IMG/VR virus record: IMGVR_UViG_3300032167_000069 | Direction: 5' to 3' (one strand) | DNA length: 39,764 nt | Source of the DNA: a virus | Taxonomy: Duplodnaviria > Heunggongvirae > Uroviricota > Caudoviricetes | In this document: in pieces, positions 21,305-31,136 of the stretch | How the letters are laid out: each line of letters begins with the position of its first letter | Numbering within the stretch: the first letter of the stretch is position 1 | Program-made: the position numbers and the translations under genes | The notes under the pieces: model-generated | Databases searched by the model: none | Told to the model about the DNA's origin: nothing | The model's input: the letters and a program-made list of their open reading frames with translations, nothing else

Positions 21305-21332
21305 TTATTAAGAATTAAAAGGAGGATATAAG

Positions 21333-21515
21333 TTGAATAAAATCGAGCAAATAAAACAAGGTTTGGAGTTTGCAAGAAACGCAACTAACTATGTCTCAGT
21401 TTCAGGCATAGAAAACTGCAAAGCTCTAACTTTAATACATAACAATCTTAGTCTTTTCTTGGATATGCTTGAAAATGGCGAGATTGAAATTATAGAAACA
21501 AACAAATCTGAATAG
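21333..21515 (+). CDS. Small hypothetical protein
   Basis: 60 aa, AAGGAGG RBS, TTG start. Confidence 0.7.
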   Translation: MNKIEQIKQGLEFARNATNYVSVSGIENCKALTLIHNNLSLFLDMLENGEIEIIETNKSE

Positions 21516-21526
21516 AGGTGATTGCC

Positions 21527-22591
21527 ATGGCATTCTGGGGACGCTCATTTATGTTTAATGGTATTCCCTGCGAAGACTATGATTTAATGCTGTATGACAT
21601 TGGAAGCAGCACGCAAAGCTCTGGACAGTTTGCCAGCGGCGTTACAGTTGTTGAAGACAAACTATCAACCAAATGGAAACCTTACTTTTACGGTGCAAAA
21701 ACCGAGGGAAAATTAGAATTTTCTATGGTGTTTGGAGCAAATCAAAAAAGAATTGACAGAAATAAATATTTAGACAGGTATGAATTAGATGCAATTGCAA
21801 GTTGGCTGACAAGCTATGATAATTATATGTGGCTTGATGTGGAGCAAGAAGACCTTGAATACATAAGATACAGGTGTATAATCACAGAGCTTGATATAGT
21901 TGAGTTTGGCAACATTCCGTGGGCATTAAAAGCAAAGGTTGTTTGTGACAGCCCATATGCTTATCTTCATCCGCAAACTTTTGAATATGCGATAAATGGC
22001 GAAAGAACCATTTCATTTTACAATGAAAGCAGTCATAACGGATATTATATGCCCAAGATAGAATTTTCGGGATATGAAATCATAATTTCAAATGAACTTA
22101 CAACCATAGGTGAACGTGGAAAATGGTTTCAATACTCCCCCACTATCAGTGTAAATAACGGAAAAGTAGTCCTTGCGGATGCAGTCGCAACTTCATATTG
22201 GGGAAGCAGAAAAGAAGAAGAAAATTACGTTTTGTATAATGATGAAGTGTATTATTGTCCTAAAACAAACAATACTGGAGCACTTTCAGATGTTTATGCT
22301 GGATATAAGGTTACAATGACAGAAAATAGCATAAATTCATTGTCAATAATCAATATGTCTGATGCAAACAGAGTATTTAATTTGGGCGTAGATGAACCTC
22401 TTCCCACTTCCATAAAAACCATTCATGTTGATAGCGATACTGGAATTCTTACCTGTGACGAAGGAATAAATATATATCCTTACACAAATTTTAAATTTAT
22501 AAGGTTTGTTAAGGGCGAAAATGTTTTGAAAATAACGGGAAACGGTATGTTAAGAATATATTGTGAGTTTCCTGTGAATGTGGGAGGTTAA
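21527..22591 (+). CDS. Distal tail protein (Dit-like) with an internal insertion
   Basis: N-terminal SFMFNGIPCEDYDL, central CDSPYAY and C-terminal FVKGENVLKITG motifs typical of siphophage Dit; ATG at 21527 behind GAGGTG. Confidence 0.75.
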   Translation: MAFWGRSFMFNGIPCEDYDLMLYDIGSSTQSSGQFASGVTVVEDKLSTKWKPYFYGAKTEGKLEFSMVFGANQKRIDRNKYLDRYELDAIASWLTSYDNYMWLDVEQEDLEYIRYRCIITELDIVEFGNIPWALKAKVVCDSPYAYLHPQTFEYAINGERTISFYNESSHNGYYMPKIEFSGYEIIISNELTTIGERGKWFQYSPTISVNNGKVVLADAVATSYWGSRKEEENYVLYNDEVYYCPKTNNTGALSDVYAGYKVTMTENSINSLSIINMSDANRVFNLGVDEPLPTSIKTIHVDSDTGILTCDEGINIYPYTNFKFIRFVKGENVLKITGNGMLRIYCEFPVNVGG

Positions 22592-22595
22592 TAAT

Positions 22596-22988
22596 ATGGT
22601 TAGCGATGTTCATTTCAACATACACACACTTCCCGACATTGAAATGTATGGTGGTGACACACTCCCTTGGGAAGTTACTTTAATACGAGATGATGGTTCA
22701 AAATTCTCTGTTGATACAGCCTCAGAGTGTATTTGCAAACTATCATTTACACCATTAAAAGCAACAAGTGGTTTAGGAAATAACTCTGTTGCAGTCCCAC
22801 CTATATTTGAAAAAATAGGCGAAGCAAAACCGACATTAGACGGAAGCTCTGTTGTGGTGTTTGCATTTTCTGAGTCTGACACAAAAGGTTTAAGAGGAAA
22901 ATTCTTATACCAAATAGAAGTAAGACACGATGATGATTTACGTTTATGTCAGGGTAGTGTTTATATAAAACAGAATATAAACAGATAG
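22596..22988 (+). CDS. BppU-N-like upper baseplate protein (putative)
   Basis: GDTLPWEVTL...DTKGLRGKFLYQIEV pattern; GGAGG RBS before the ATG at 22596. Confidence 0.5.
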   Translation: MVSDVHFNIHTLPDIEMYGGDTLPWEVTLIRDDGSKFSVDTASECICKLSFTPLKATSGLGNNSVAVPPIFEKIGEAKPTLDGSSVVVFAFSESDTKGLRGKFLYQIEVRHDDDLRLCQGSVYIKQNINR

Positions 22989-23044
22989 TTATTCGCTATA
23001 AAAAAGTTTAAAACGAATAACTTTGATTTTAAGACGAATAACTA
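22986..23044. repeat. Three copies of a 9-10 bp motif (one inverted, two direct)
   Basis: TAGTTATTCG at 22986-22995; ACGAATAACT at 23013-23022 and 23034-23043. Confidence 0.8.
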
Positions 23045-23072
23045 ATACTTATACGGAAAGGATTATAGATAT

Positions 23073-23483
23073 ATGAACAGTACATATTGGTTAAATACTA
23101 TTATGGATACAATGTACACAAGCAATGTTGGTGAATTCTATGTTGGTTTATCCAGCACTTTACCTGCTGCCGATGGTTCAAATGTATCCGAGCCTACAGG
23201 CTATAACTACGCAAGAGTTCAAATTACCGATTTCTCTGCACCAGATAATGGTGTTGTTAAAAATGTTAACACACTTGAATTTCCAAGAAGTACAGGGGTG
23301 TGGTTTGACTCTGATGCAAAAGCTCGTTACTGGGTTTTGTTTGATGGTAGCACATCTGATGCCACTCTACTATCTGCTGGCGAACTTGATGAAGCTAAAA
23401 CAATTGAAAGTAATACGCAGATTACAATTGCTGCCGAAACATTAAGTATTACTCTAACAGATTATTATCCGGCACAGGTATAA
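23073..23483 (+). CDS. Tail-fibre-associated structural protein
   Basis: YVGLSSTLP...YARVQ...EFP...W...YWVLFD motif set common in phage minor tail proteins. Confidence 0.65.
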   Translation: MNSTYWLNTIMDTMYTSNVGEFYVGLSSTLPAADGSNVSEPTGYNYARVQITDFSAPDNGVVKNVNTLEFPRSTGVWFDSDAKARYWVLFDGSTSDATLLSAGELDEAKTIESNTQITIAAETLSITLTDYYPAQV

Positions 23484-23503
23484 ATTAAGGGGGTGGTTGG
23501 TCT

Positions 23504-24367
23504 ATGAAAAAAATATTCTTCCCCTTTTGTGATCAGCCAAGACAACTTTCCTTTCAATTTCCAAGTCCTATTCGCTTCCCGTTTTATGTAGACGACCTCG
23601 TTTACTATTGGGAAGTTAATCCAGAAGGAGCTGTTTTATACCTTATTAATGAAAAGATAAATTCTGAAACACCAACTGTTAAAGATATTATTCTTGAAGA
23701 AACGGGTATCGAAATCTATCTGGTTAACGAGGAAACCAAAGCGAGCAAGCATATTATTGTGGAGTTTGCAAAAATAAGCAAAGGTGTTCATACTTTAGGA
23801 TTGTTAGACCCATTTACGCTCGGTGTAATTGATGGTCTTACGCTTGGAGATATTTCAACAGCTTTTGCTAATTGGATGAATATGTATCATTCAATAGTTC
23901 CAACTTCGGGAAGTGTAAATGTAGATGGAACTAATATTAGTATGCAATTAAAACATACAGACTTACTACCACATCAAAAAAATATATTAACGGGCGAATT
24001 AAATGGCGAGATTGGCATACTGAGTCTGTATGACCAACAGTTTATTACACTTGGAGAACTTGATCCTTATACCCTTAATCATATTGATGCTATGTTGGCT
24101 ATATTCAGAAAGTTTAACAATATTCCCGCCCATTTAGTAAAAGGAATTAAAATCACACATAACAACACCGTTAAGAACAATGTTCTGGCGGCAAATTATG
24201 ATAAAGAAACTAACGCAAGCAACATCGGTTTGCAAATAATGAGCGGAGATAGTATTGATATGGCTGAGTGTCTTGCTAATATAAGTACGCAGGCTTCTGA
24301 TACTTATATCAGTATAAATAACAGTATTATCTCTTTAGGTATTACAATTGATGACACAAGTGAATAA
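23504..24367 (+). CDS. Hypothetical tail protein with LGxLDPxTL repeats
   Basis: 287 aa; contains TLGLLDPFTLG and TLGELDPYTLN. Confidence 0.6.
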   Translation: MKKIFFPFCDQPRQLSFQFPSPIRFPFYVDDLVYYWEVNPEGAVLYLINEKINSETPTVKDIILEETGIEIYLVNEETKASKHIIVEFAKISKGVHTLGLLDPFTLGVIDGLTLGDISTAFANWMNMYHSIVPTSGSVNVDGTNISMQLKHTDLLPHQKNILTGELNGEIGILSLYDQQFITLGELDPYTLNHIDAMLAIFRKFNNIPAHLVKGIKITHNNTVKNNVLAANYDKETNASNIGLQIMSGDSIDMAECLANISTQASDTYISINNSIISLGITIDDTSE

Positions 24368-24394
24368 GTAAACTTTGGATGATTTATTTAGAAT

Positions 24395-24425
24395 AAAGAG
24401 GTTGCCTTTGGGTAGCCTCTTTTTG
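24395..24425 (+). terminator. Rho-independent terminator upstream of the giant tail fibre gene
   Basis: AAAGAGGTTGCC-tttg-GGTAGCCTCTTT followed by TT. Confidence 0.7.
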
Positions 24426-24438
24426 CAAGGAGGATAAT

Positions 24439-27400
24439 ATGACAACTACAGAATTTTTAGGTCTTATTCTTACTGATAGAACTGAAACTTCTATGCCGTT
24501 TTTAGAGTGGAGAACTTTAATGAATGGCACGGATGGAAACTCCAATATGGAGCTCATTGACGGTGCAATCAGTAGATTAAACACCGCAATCGGTGGAAAG
24601 GCTGATGGATTTAGTTTTAGCCCTGATACCGGTGTTTTACAGTTGACAAGTGACGGTGTACCTATTGATGGAGCATCTGTTACAATCAACTTAAACAACT
24701 ATTATACAAAAACAGAAGTTGATGAAATATTAGCAGAGCTTGAGGAAAGCTTTGCAAACAACGAAACCATTCAGGCTCTTATGGCTTCTGCTGTAAGCGA
24801 CTTGGAATGGGATGAAACAAGCCGAGCTCTTACAATGTACAATATGAACGGAGAGCAAATCGGTGATACCATCACAATCGAAGGTGGTGGCGGCGGTGGC
24901 ACAGGTACATCATATAGCGTCCGTATTATTAATGGAATGCCATCAAGTACATTTACTGCTGCTACTTCTGCAAAAACAATTATAAAAGCAACCTTTTATG
25001 AATACTACGGCACAGATTCAACGGGTGTTAATGGTACATTAGAGGTTACTTACAAGCTTTCAACAGATGAGACTTGGCTGTCATTAGGAAAGCAGACAGT
25101 TCAACAGGGTGTACCTTTTAGCATTGACGTAACAGATATTTTGACCGAAGGCAAGACAACAAGTATTAAGTTCACAGTTGTCGGTGGCGAGTCTGAAATT
25201 ACACGTTCTTTGACATATAATGTTACTCAGGTTGAAGCAAGTATCGCTGCCGTTAATTTTGATACTGCCGCAGTATATACTGGTAATGTTAGTTTTCAGT
25301 ATAAGTGCGTAGGTAGAAATCTGCAAAAGACAGTTTACTTTATGATTGATGGCGAGGAATATACACACGTTGACGTGGGCACAAGCCACAATACAACTTT
25401 AACACAGCCAATCGAAATGGCTGGAAACTACGACTATGGCGCTCACGATTTTCAGGTTTATTTTGAAACAGCGGACGGGGCTTTATCAAACATTCTCAAC
25501 TTTACACTCTTATATAACGATGGAAGCTCTACCGAACCTATGATTGGTGTTATATTAGATGACGACACGGTAACTTACGGTGATACAATCACTGCAACAT
25601 ATGTTGTATATACACCAAATCAGGAAACTACTGACGAATTAAATATTCGTGTGTATGCAATTAATGAAGATGGTGAAGAGGAAAACTATTTTTCTCAACA
25701 CCTTGTAAATATTGATAACAATACCGCTTATGAATGGCAGGGCACACTTTACCCTGAGTCTGGCACTGCTTATATTGAATTTACAAGCGGAAATACCGAA
25801 AAGACTGTTTCTGTTCAGGTAAATGAAATTCAGAGCGAATATGACCTCGACCAAATTGAAACAGGGCTTGTATATCAGTACAACGCAGCCGGAAGAAGTA
25901 ATAATGATAGTTCTAAAGATACTTATACTTGTGAATATACAACAAGCAACGGTGTTACAACCAACATCAAAGGTTTGTTTGACGGATTTAACTGGGTATC
26001 TAATGGATATGTTGATGGTGAATCATTAACATTAAGTGGAACCGCTGTTCATACAATCAAACTTCCTATGTTCTCTACGAGTTATGTAGATGATGATGGT
26101 CAAACAATTAATCTTGAAAGTGCAACTGGTGCAACGGTTACAACAAATGGTCGTACTTTTGAAATTGATTTTCAGGTTTCAAACGTAACAGATATAAATG
26201 CACAGATCATTAAGTGTATGTCTTCCGACCACGCAGGTTTTATCGTTACACCTCAGACTTGTTATTTACTTTCTTCAAATGGTGCAAATGTTGCACTTGA
26301 TGACACAGGCTTCATTGAAAATGAGGAAAGTATTGCCGCTGCATATATAAAAGACAACAAACGTATAAGATTAAGCTTTGTAATTGAACCTACTGGTTCA
26401 GTTGAATATACAGATTCAGAGGGAACTACGCACACAGGTCAGTGTGTTAATATTTATATTAACGGTCAGTTTGCAAATTCATTCCCTTATGAAGATAATG
26501 CAAGATTTGCTCAAAGTGAATACATAACACTGGGAAGCAATACTTGTATTATGAATGTTTATGATGTAAGAATTTATAATCGTGGATTGTCAACAACTGA
26601 AATTATGCAGAACTATAAAGCTTCTCCTCTTTCTGTTCAAGACAGAATTGTTCGTTTTGAGGATAATGACGTATTAACAGACGAGGGTGATGTTGATTAT
26701 AATAAAGCGATTTATAAATATCCTTGCCTCCTTATTACTGGTTCATTGTCACCTTATAAGGGCGCTAACGGTATCAAGACAGAAGGTAAAACCGAAGCTG
26801 GAGCAACTCTTACAAAGCCTGACGGAAACGGCGGATATAGTGTAGAGTTTGATTTGCTTGATAAAGATTCAGATGGCGTATGGGTAAGTTCTAATAACGT
26901 TCAGGGTACATCTTCTGTTAAATTCCCTATCAAAAACTACAAAGTATATCTTGCTAAGAATGAGGTAGGAGAAGATGGGACTGTTACCAAGAAGAAGGTT
27001 AAGTATTCATTAAAAGGTGTCGATGAGGATGGAAATGATATTTCAATCGGTGAAAGCACACTTTGTTGGAAAGGCGATTATATGTCTTCTGACCACGCCA
27101 ATACTTTTAATGCAAATCTTGCTGACACACTTTTTGACGATGTTCTTATTTCTCAAAACCCGTCTCTTGGCGGAGATAGTAGAGTTCAGAATACCATTTA
27201 TGGTTTCCGTTGCTTATTGTTCCGTAGAGACGACATTGGTGAAAATATCGAATTTATTGGCGATGGTGCATTAAATAATGATAAAGGAAACACTGCGACA
27301 TTTGGACTTGAGTGTGACGGAGATGAAGGTAATGATACACTTCGTCAGAAATGGGAGTTCTTAAATAACACAGAAGCTCTATGTTCTTTCTTAACCGACA

Positions 27401-30400
27401 GATTCTTTGAATTAGTCGATGGAAAGAAAAGAGTTCTTGCAGGATTAGAGTCGACCTATCCAGACCAAGGTGATTTGAAAGACGAGGGACTCGAACCAAA
27501 ATATGACCACCTCCAAGTTCTCTATACTTGGGTATGTCAGAGAGCTAATTTCTGGGACGCATCTACGGAAACGCTTAGCGTTCCTTTGGTATATAAAGGT
27601 GTGTCATACACTACCGAAAGAGATTATCGTAAGGCGATCTTTATTAATGAATTTGAACTTCATTTTAATAAAAATCACGCACTTATTTATTATCTCTTCA
27701 ATGAATTTGTTGCATTGTGTGATAACCGTGCAAAGAATATGTTTTTACGTTGTGAGGATGTTCGTTGTGAACAGCTTCTTAATACAAGTGGCGAAGAGAT
27801 GTCAATCTATGATGCAATCAATATGGAAACAGGTGAAGTTGATGCAAGTATGATTGACTGGGAAAATTCCACTTTCGCAGTATGGATTTGTGACCTTTAT
27901 GACCTTGACTCCTGCTTCGGTGTTGAAAACTCAGGTTATATGCAGATTCCGTACTACGCTGACTGGCATTATCATCTCAACGGTACACAAAAATTTAATG
28001 GTCGTGAATCTGTTTTCTGGTTAATGTTTGAAGAAGCCCTTGCTGATGAAATTGAAGATAAGGCACAGTTGCTTACTGACCGTTCAAGTGGAAACGGTGG
28101 ACTTAACTACGAATCGCTTTACGATTATCACATTAAAAATAATGCTATGCTTGTATGCCCCGCTGTTGTAAACCGAGATATGGAACATAAATATAGCGAT
28201 CCTTGGACAGAGGGTTATGTAGATTATGCTTCCGAGGGACATCCTGTGCGCCATATTTCAGACTACAAATACTTACAGCGTGGTAGCAGAACAGAGCAGA
28301 AGGACGCATTTATATATAGACGTTCCAATATGCTTTACAGCAAATATAAATGTAATAAATTCCTTAATAACAATATAAACTTCCGTGTCGGTACAAATGG
28401 CGGTGTACTTGCAACAGATAGCGGTATTACTGTAACTGCTTCACAAGCATTATACCCTGCTGTTAAATACGGCGATGGTGATGCGGCAGTAATTTCAGTT
28501 GAAAAGACCGCAGCAGGCATTCCTGTAACAATCACTAAGCCGGGTACAACGACCGCTGATAAGGTTGGTTTCTCTGATACCGTATATATCGCAGGTGGAA
28601 CATTCCTGACTGATATTGGAGATATTTCAAAATTCCGTCCTTACGAATTACAGTTACAGAATGCAACAGGATTGAAGAAGCTTACAATTGGCTCTTCTGA
28701 AGATGGTTATACCAATGCACAGCTCAAGAGTATTGATACTTCTGGTTGTAAGATACTTGAAGAATTAAATATTATGGGTTGCACTTCTCTTGGAACAGTT
28801 AATCTGTCAAAGAATGGTCTTATCCGTAAAATTTATGCAGGAAATTCAAGTGCTTCTTCGATTTCACTTCCTAACGGCGGTATCTTAGAAGAATTGTATT
28901 TAGGTACGGTTTCAGATATTGAAATTTTAAATCATACTCACCTTGAAGCGTTTACTTGCGATAGCTATGCTAACTTAACTGCTTTGAGAGTTGAAAATAC
29001 ACCTAACGTTCCTACAATGGAAATGGTGGCTGAACGCTTACCATATTTAACTGGCGGACTACGTTTGGTTGGCATTGACGAAACAATCGAGGATACGAAA
29101 GTTCTCGAAATGTTGTTAAGTGATGATGCTCTTGGTAAATATATTGACAATAATGGTGTCTTATCTGAAAGTAAAACAATTTATCCGTTTATTTCAGGAA
29201 CAATTCACTGCGATACAATTGGTTCTTACTTGAAGTCTGAACTTGAAAAAGTATATCCAAATTTAGTGATTGATGCTACAAGTGTTGTTCAGCAATATGT
29301 CGTTACTTTTGTTAACTATGATGGCTCAACTCTTGATAAACAGTATGTAATTCGTGGTGGTAGAGCAGAAGACCCGACAACGAGAGAAGATAATCCTATC
29401 GCAACTCCTACACGTCCAAGTACAGTATCTACAAACTACACCTTTGATGGCTGGGATACCGATTTAACAACAACAGTTGTTAGTTCTGATTTGACTGTTA
29501 GTGCTATATATTCAGAAACAACACGTCAATATACAGTGAAATGGTATAACGGTTCAACATTACTTCAAAAATCAACTGTTTTATACGGTGAAGGTGCTGA
29601 ATATACAGGCGACATCCCTGAAGATACGTCTCAGGAAGAATATCTGTCTTACAGACTATTCGACGGATGGGATAATAACACAGGTTCTATTGAAGGCGAT
29701 TTAGATGTACACGCTAAATTTACTGAAGCAGTAGCTCCAACAGATAAGGCTTTAAGCGAAATGACACCAACTGAACTCTATGCTCTTATCAAAACAGGCA
29801 AACTCTCTCCTTCTGGTGAGAATAATGATGTTATTACAAGCGGTGATGAGTTTGACTTGGTAATGGGTCACGACCTTGACTTTGACAACGTTGAAAGTAC
29901 TGAATTCATTGCACTTGGCGATACTAAGACATTCGATGGAACTTCTGGTTCAATAATCAATACTGGCGTAAACTTGTTTGACGAGGATAAATCTTTCGTA
30001 TTAGCTATTGATTTCTCATTCAGCGATACGACTACTGGTGCAACTCTTGCTTCTTGTTATCAGAATAATATGGGCTTTAAGTTGACATATACCGGTAGCG
30101 GTGCGGCTGTAAAATACGGTTCAACTAATTCAACTGCTGTTGCATCTCAGCTTGACAGAGAAATGGTTGTTATTCGTCATATTAAAGGCGATACAAACTT
30201 ATATGTTTATGGCTCTAACAAGATGAAGAGTATGGTCGTTAGTAAAGTAACCAGAACACTTTCAAGTATTCAGGACGCTCCATTAGCGTTTGGTTGTACT
30301 ATGGAAAGCGATGGATATAAAGATGAATACGCTAAAGGTAAGATATATTGGGCTAAATTATGGATGTCTGACTTAGGTGAGACAAACTGTAAGAAGCTGG

Positions 30401-30984
30401 CTGCTTGGACAAGAGAAACTCTTACTATGCAGGCGGCAGGAACTTCTGAAAACGCTTTCAGATTGTTTACTGGTACAGATGACGGTCGTTACTGCAACTG
30501 TGCTTTCTTGATGAAGAATTTGCTTGATAAGACACACGTTATGAACACCTCTAACGTCAACTCTGGCGGTTGGAAGGAATGTAATATGCGTGCTTGGTTA
30601 ACATCTCGTGTTCCCAATGGATTGCCTGCTCAGTGGCAGCTTATTCTCAAGAAGGTTGATGTAAGGTCAAGTACGGGTAATATGACTACAACTGATTTCA
30701 GTACGTCGAGCGACTATGTATGGATACCGTCTGCAAAAGAAGTTAATTTCTCTGCAACCACTGCTCCTTATTCTGGTGAAAGTGATGGCAAAATCAATTT
30801 CTTTACAGACAATAACAGTAGAATCAAGTACCTTAATAACGGTGCGGGTGCGGTTTACTATTGGTGGCTTCGTTCTCCGAGTGCTAGCTACACTACCAGC
30901 TTCTACCATGTCGTTACTACAGGTAGCTACACCAGCACCAACGCCAGCAACTCGTATGGCGTTTGCTTCGGCTTCTGTATTTAA
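24439..30984 (+). CDS. Giant tail fibre/adhesin and DGR1 target: LamG-like, CotH-kinase-like, LRR, InlB-B-like repeats and C-terminal C-type-lectin-fold (DUF6273-like) domain
   Basis: 2181 aa. DNRAKN and YDLDSCFG motifs (27721-27921); LRR-like stretch about 28600-29100; two YxVxF/W...FDGW repeats about 29295-29730; ends in WWLRSP...GVCFGFCI, which contains the VR. Confidence 0.85.
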   Translation: MTTTEFLGLILTDRTETSMPFLEWRTLMNGTDGNSNMELIDGAISRLNTAIGGKADGFSFSPDTGVLQLTSDGVPIDGASVTINLNNYYTKTEVDEILAELEESFANNETIQALMASAVSDLEWDETSRALTMYNMNGEQIGDTITIEGGGGGGTGTSYSVRIINGMPSSTFTAATSAKTIIKATFYEYYGTDSTGVNGTLEVTYKLSTDETWLSLGKQTVQQGVPFSIDVTDILTEGKTTSIKFTVVGGESEITRSLTYNVTQVEASIAAVNFDTAAVYTGNVSFQYKCVGRNLQKTVYFMIDGEEYTHVDVGTSHNTTLTQPIEMAGNYDYGAHDFQVYFETADGALSNILNFTLLYNDGSSTEPMIGVILDDDTVTYGDTITATYVVYTPNQETTDELNIRVYAINEDGEEENYFSQHLVNIDNNTAYEWQGTLYPESGTAYIEFTSGNTEKTVSVQVNEIQSEYDLDQIETGLVYQYNAAGRSNNDSSKDTYTCEYTTSNGVTTNIKGLFDGFNWVSNGYVDGESLTLSGTAVHTIKLPMFSTSYVDDDGQTINLESATGATVTTNGRTFEIDFQVSNVTDINAQIIKCMSSDHAGFIVTPQTCYLLSSNGANVALDDTGFIENEESIAAAYIKDNKRIRLSFVIEPTGSVEYTDSEGTTHTGQCVNIYINGQFANSFPYEDNARFAQSEYITLGSNTCIMNVYDVRIYNRGLSTTEIMQNYKASPLSVQDRIVRFEDNDVLTDEGDVDYNKAIYKYPCLLITGSLSPYKGANGIKTEGKTEAGATLTKPDGNGGYSVEFDLLDKDSDGVWVSSNNVQGTSSVKFPIKNYKVYLAKNEVGEDGTVTKKKVKYSLKGVDEDGNDISIGESTLCWKGDYMSSDHANTFNANLADTLFDDVLISQNPSLGGDSRVQNTIYGFRCLLFRRDDIGENIEFIGDGALNNDKGNTATFGLECDGDEGNDTLRQKWEFLNNTEALCSFLTDRFFELVDGKKRVLAGLESTYPDQGDLKDEGLEPKYDHLQVLYTWVCQRANFWDASTETLSVPLVYKGVSYTTERDYRKAIFINEFELHFNKNHALIYYLFNEFVALCDNRAKNMFLRCEDVRCEQLLNTSGEEMSIYDAINMETGEVDASMIDWENSTFAVWICDLYDLDSCFGVENSGYMQIPYYADWHYHLNGTQKFNGRESVFWLMFEEALADEIEDKAQLLTDRSSGNGGLNYESLYDYHIKNNAMLVCPAVVNRDMEHKYSDPWTEGYVDYASEGHPVRHISDYKYLQRGSRTEQKDAFIYRRSNMLYSKYKCNKFLNNNINFRVGTNGGVLATDSGITVTASQALYPAVKYGDGDAAVISVEKTAAGIPVTITKPGTTTADKVGFSDTVYIAGGTFLTDIGDISKFRPYELQLQNATGLKKLTIGSSEDGYTNAQLKSIDTSGCKILEELNIMGCTSLGTVNLSKNGLIRKIYAGNSSASSISLPNGGILEELYLGTVSDIEILNHTHLEAFTCDSYANLTALRVENTPNVPTMEMVAERLPYLTGGLRLVGIDETIEDTKVLEMLLSDDALGKYIDNNGVLSESKTIYPFISGTIHCDTIGSYLKSELEKVYPNLVIDATSVVQQYVVTFVNYDGSTLDKQYVIRGGRAEDPTTREDNPIATPTRPSTVSTNYTFDGWDTDLTTTVVSSDLTVSAIYSETTRQYTVKWYNGSTLLQKSTVLYGEGAEYTGDIPEDTSQEEYLSYRLFDGWDNNTGSIEGDLDVHAKFTEAVAPTDKALSEMTPTELYALIKTGKLSPSGENNDVITSGDEFDLVMGHDLDFDNVESTEFIALGDTKTFDGTSGSIINTGVNLFDEDKSFVLAIDFSFSDTTTGATLASCYQNNMGFKLTYTGSGAAVKYGSTNSTAVASQLDREMVVIRHIKGDTNLYVYGSNKMKSMVVSKVTRTLSSIQDAPLAFGCTMESDGYKDEYAKGKIYWAKLWMSDLGETNCKKLAAWTRETLTMQAAGTSENAFRLFTGTDDGRYCNCAFLMKNLLDKTHVMNTSNVNSGGWKECNMRAWLTSRVPNGLPAQWQLILKKVDVRSSTGNMTTTDFSTSSDYVWIPSAKEVNFSATTAPYSGESDGKINFFTDNNSRIKYLNNGAGAVYYWWLRSPSASYTTSFYHVVTTGSYTSTNASNSYGVCFGFCI
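30848..30978 (+). repeat. DGR1 variable repeat (VR)
   Basis: 131-bp ungapped match to 31608-31738 with 15 mismatches, all opposite TR adenines. Confidence 0.97.
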
Positions 30985-30988
30985 TCTT

Positions 30989-31038
30989 CTGTGCGCAAAC
31001 CGAACACCTTTACTATAAGGACGAAGCTGAGCGCACAG
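30989..31038. promoter_or_regulatory. Inverted repeat just 3' of the VR (candidate homing hairpin)
   Basis: CTGTGCGC (30989-30996) and GCGCACAG (31031-31038), starting 11 bp after the end of TR/VR homology. Confidence 0.45.
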
Positions 31039-31077
31039 TTATCAGAAGTTAAAAGCATAGTTGATAAAAAGTCAATT

Positions 31078-31113
31078 AAGCAGGGCTGCTCCTTTATGGA
31101 GCGGCACCTGCTT
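31078..31113. terminator. GC-rich hairpin between the target gene and avd1
   Basis: AAGCAGG-GCTGCTCC-tttat-GGAGCGGC-a-CCTGCTT. Confidence 0.55.
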
Positions 31114-31136
31114 TATGCGTATGAAAGGGTGATTTT

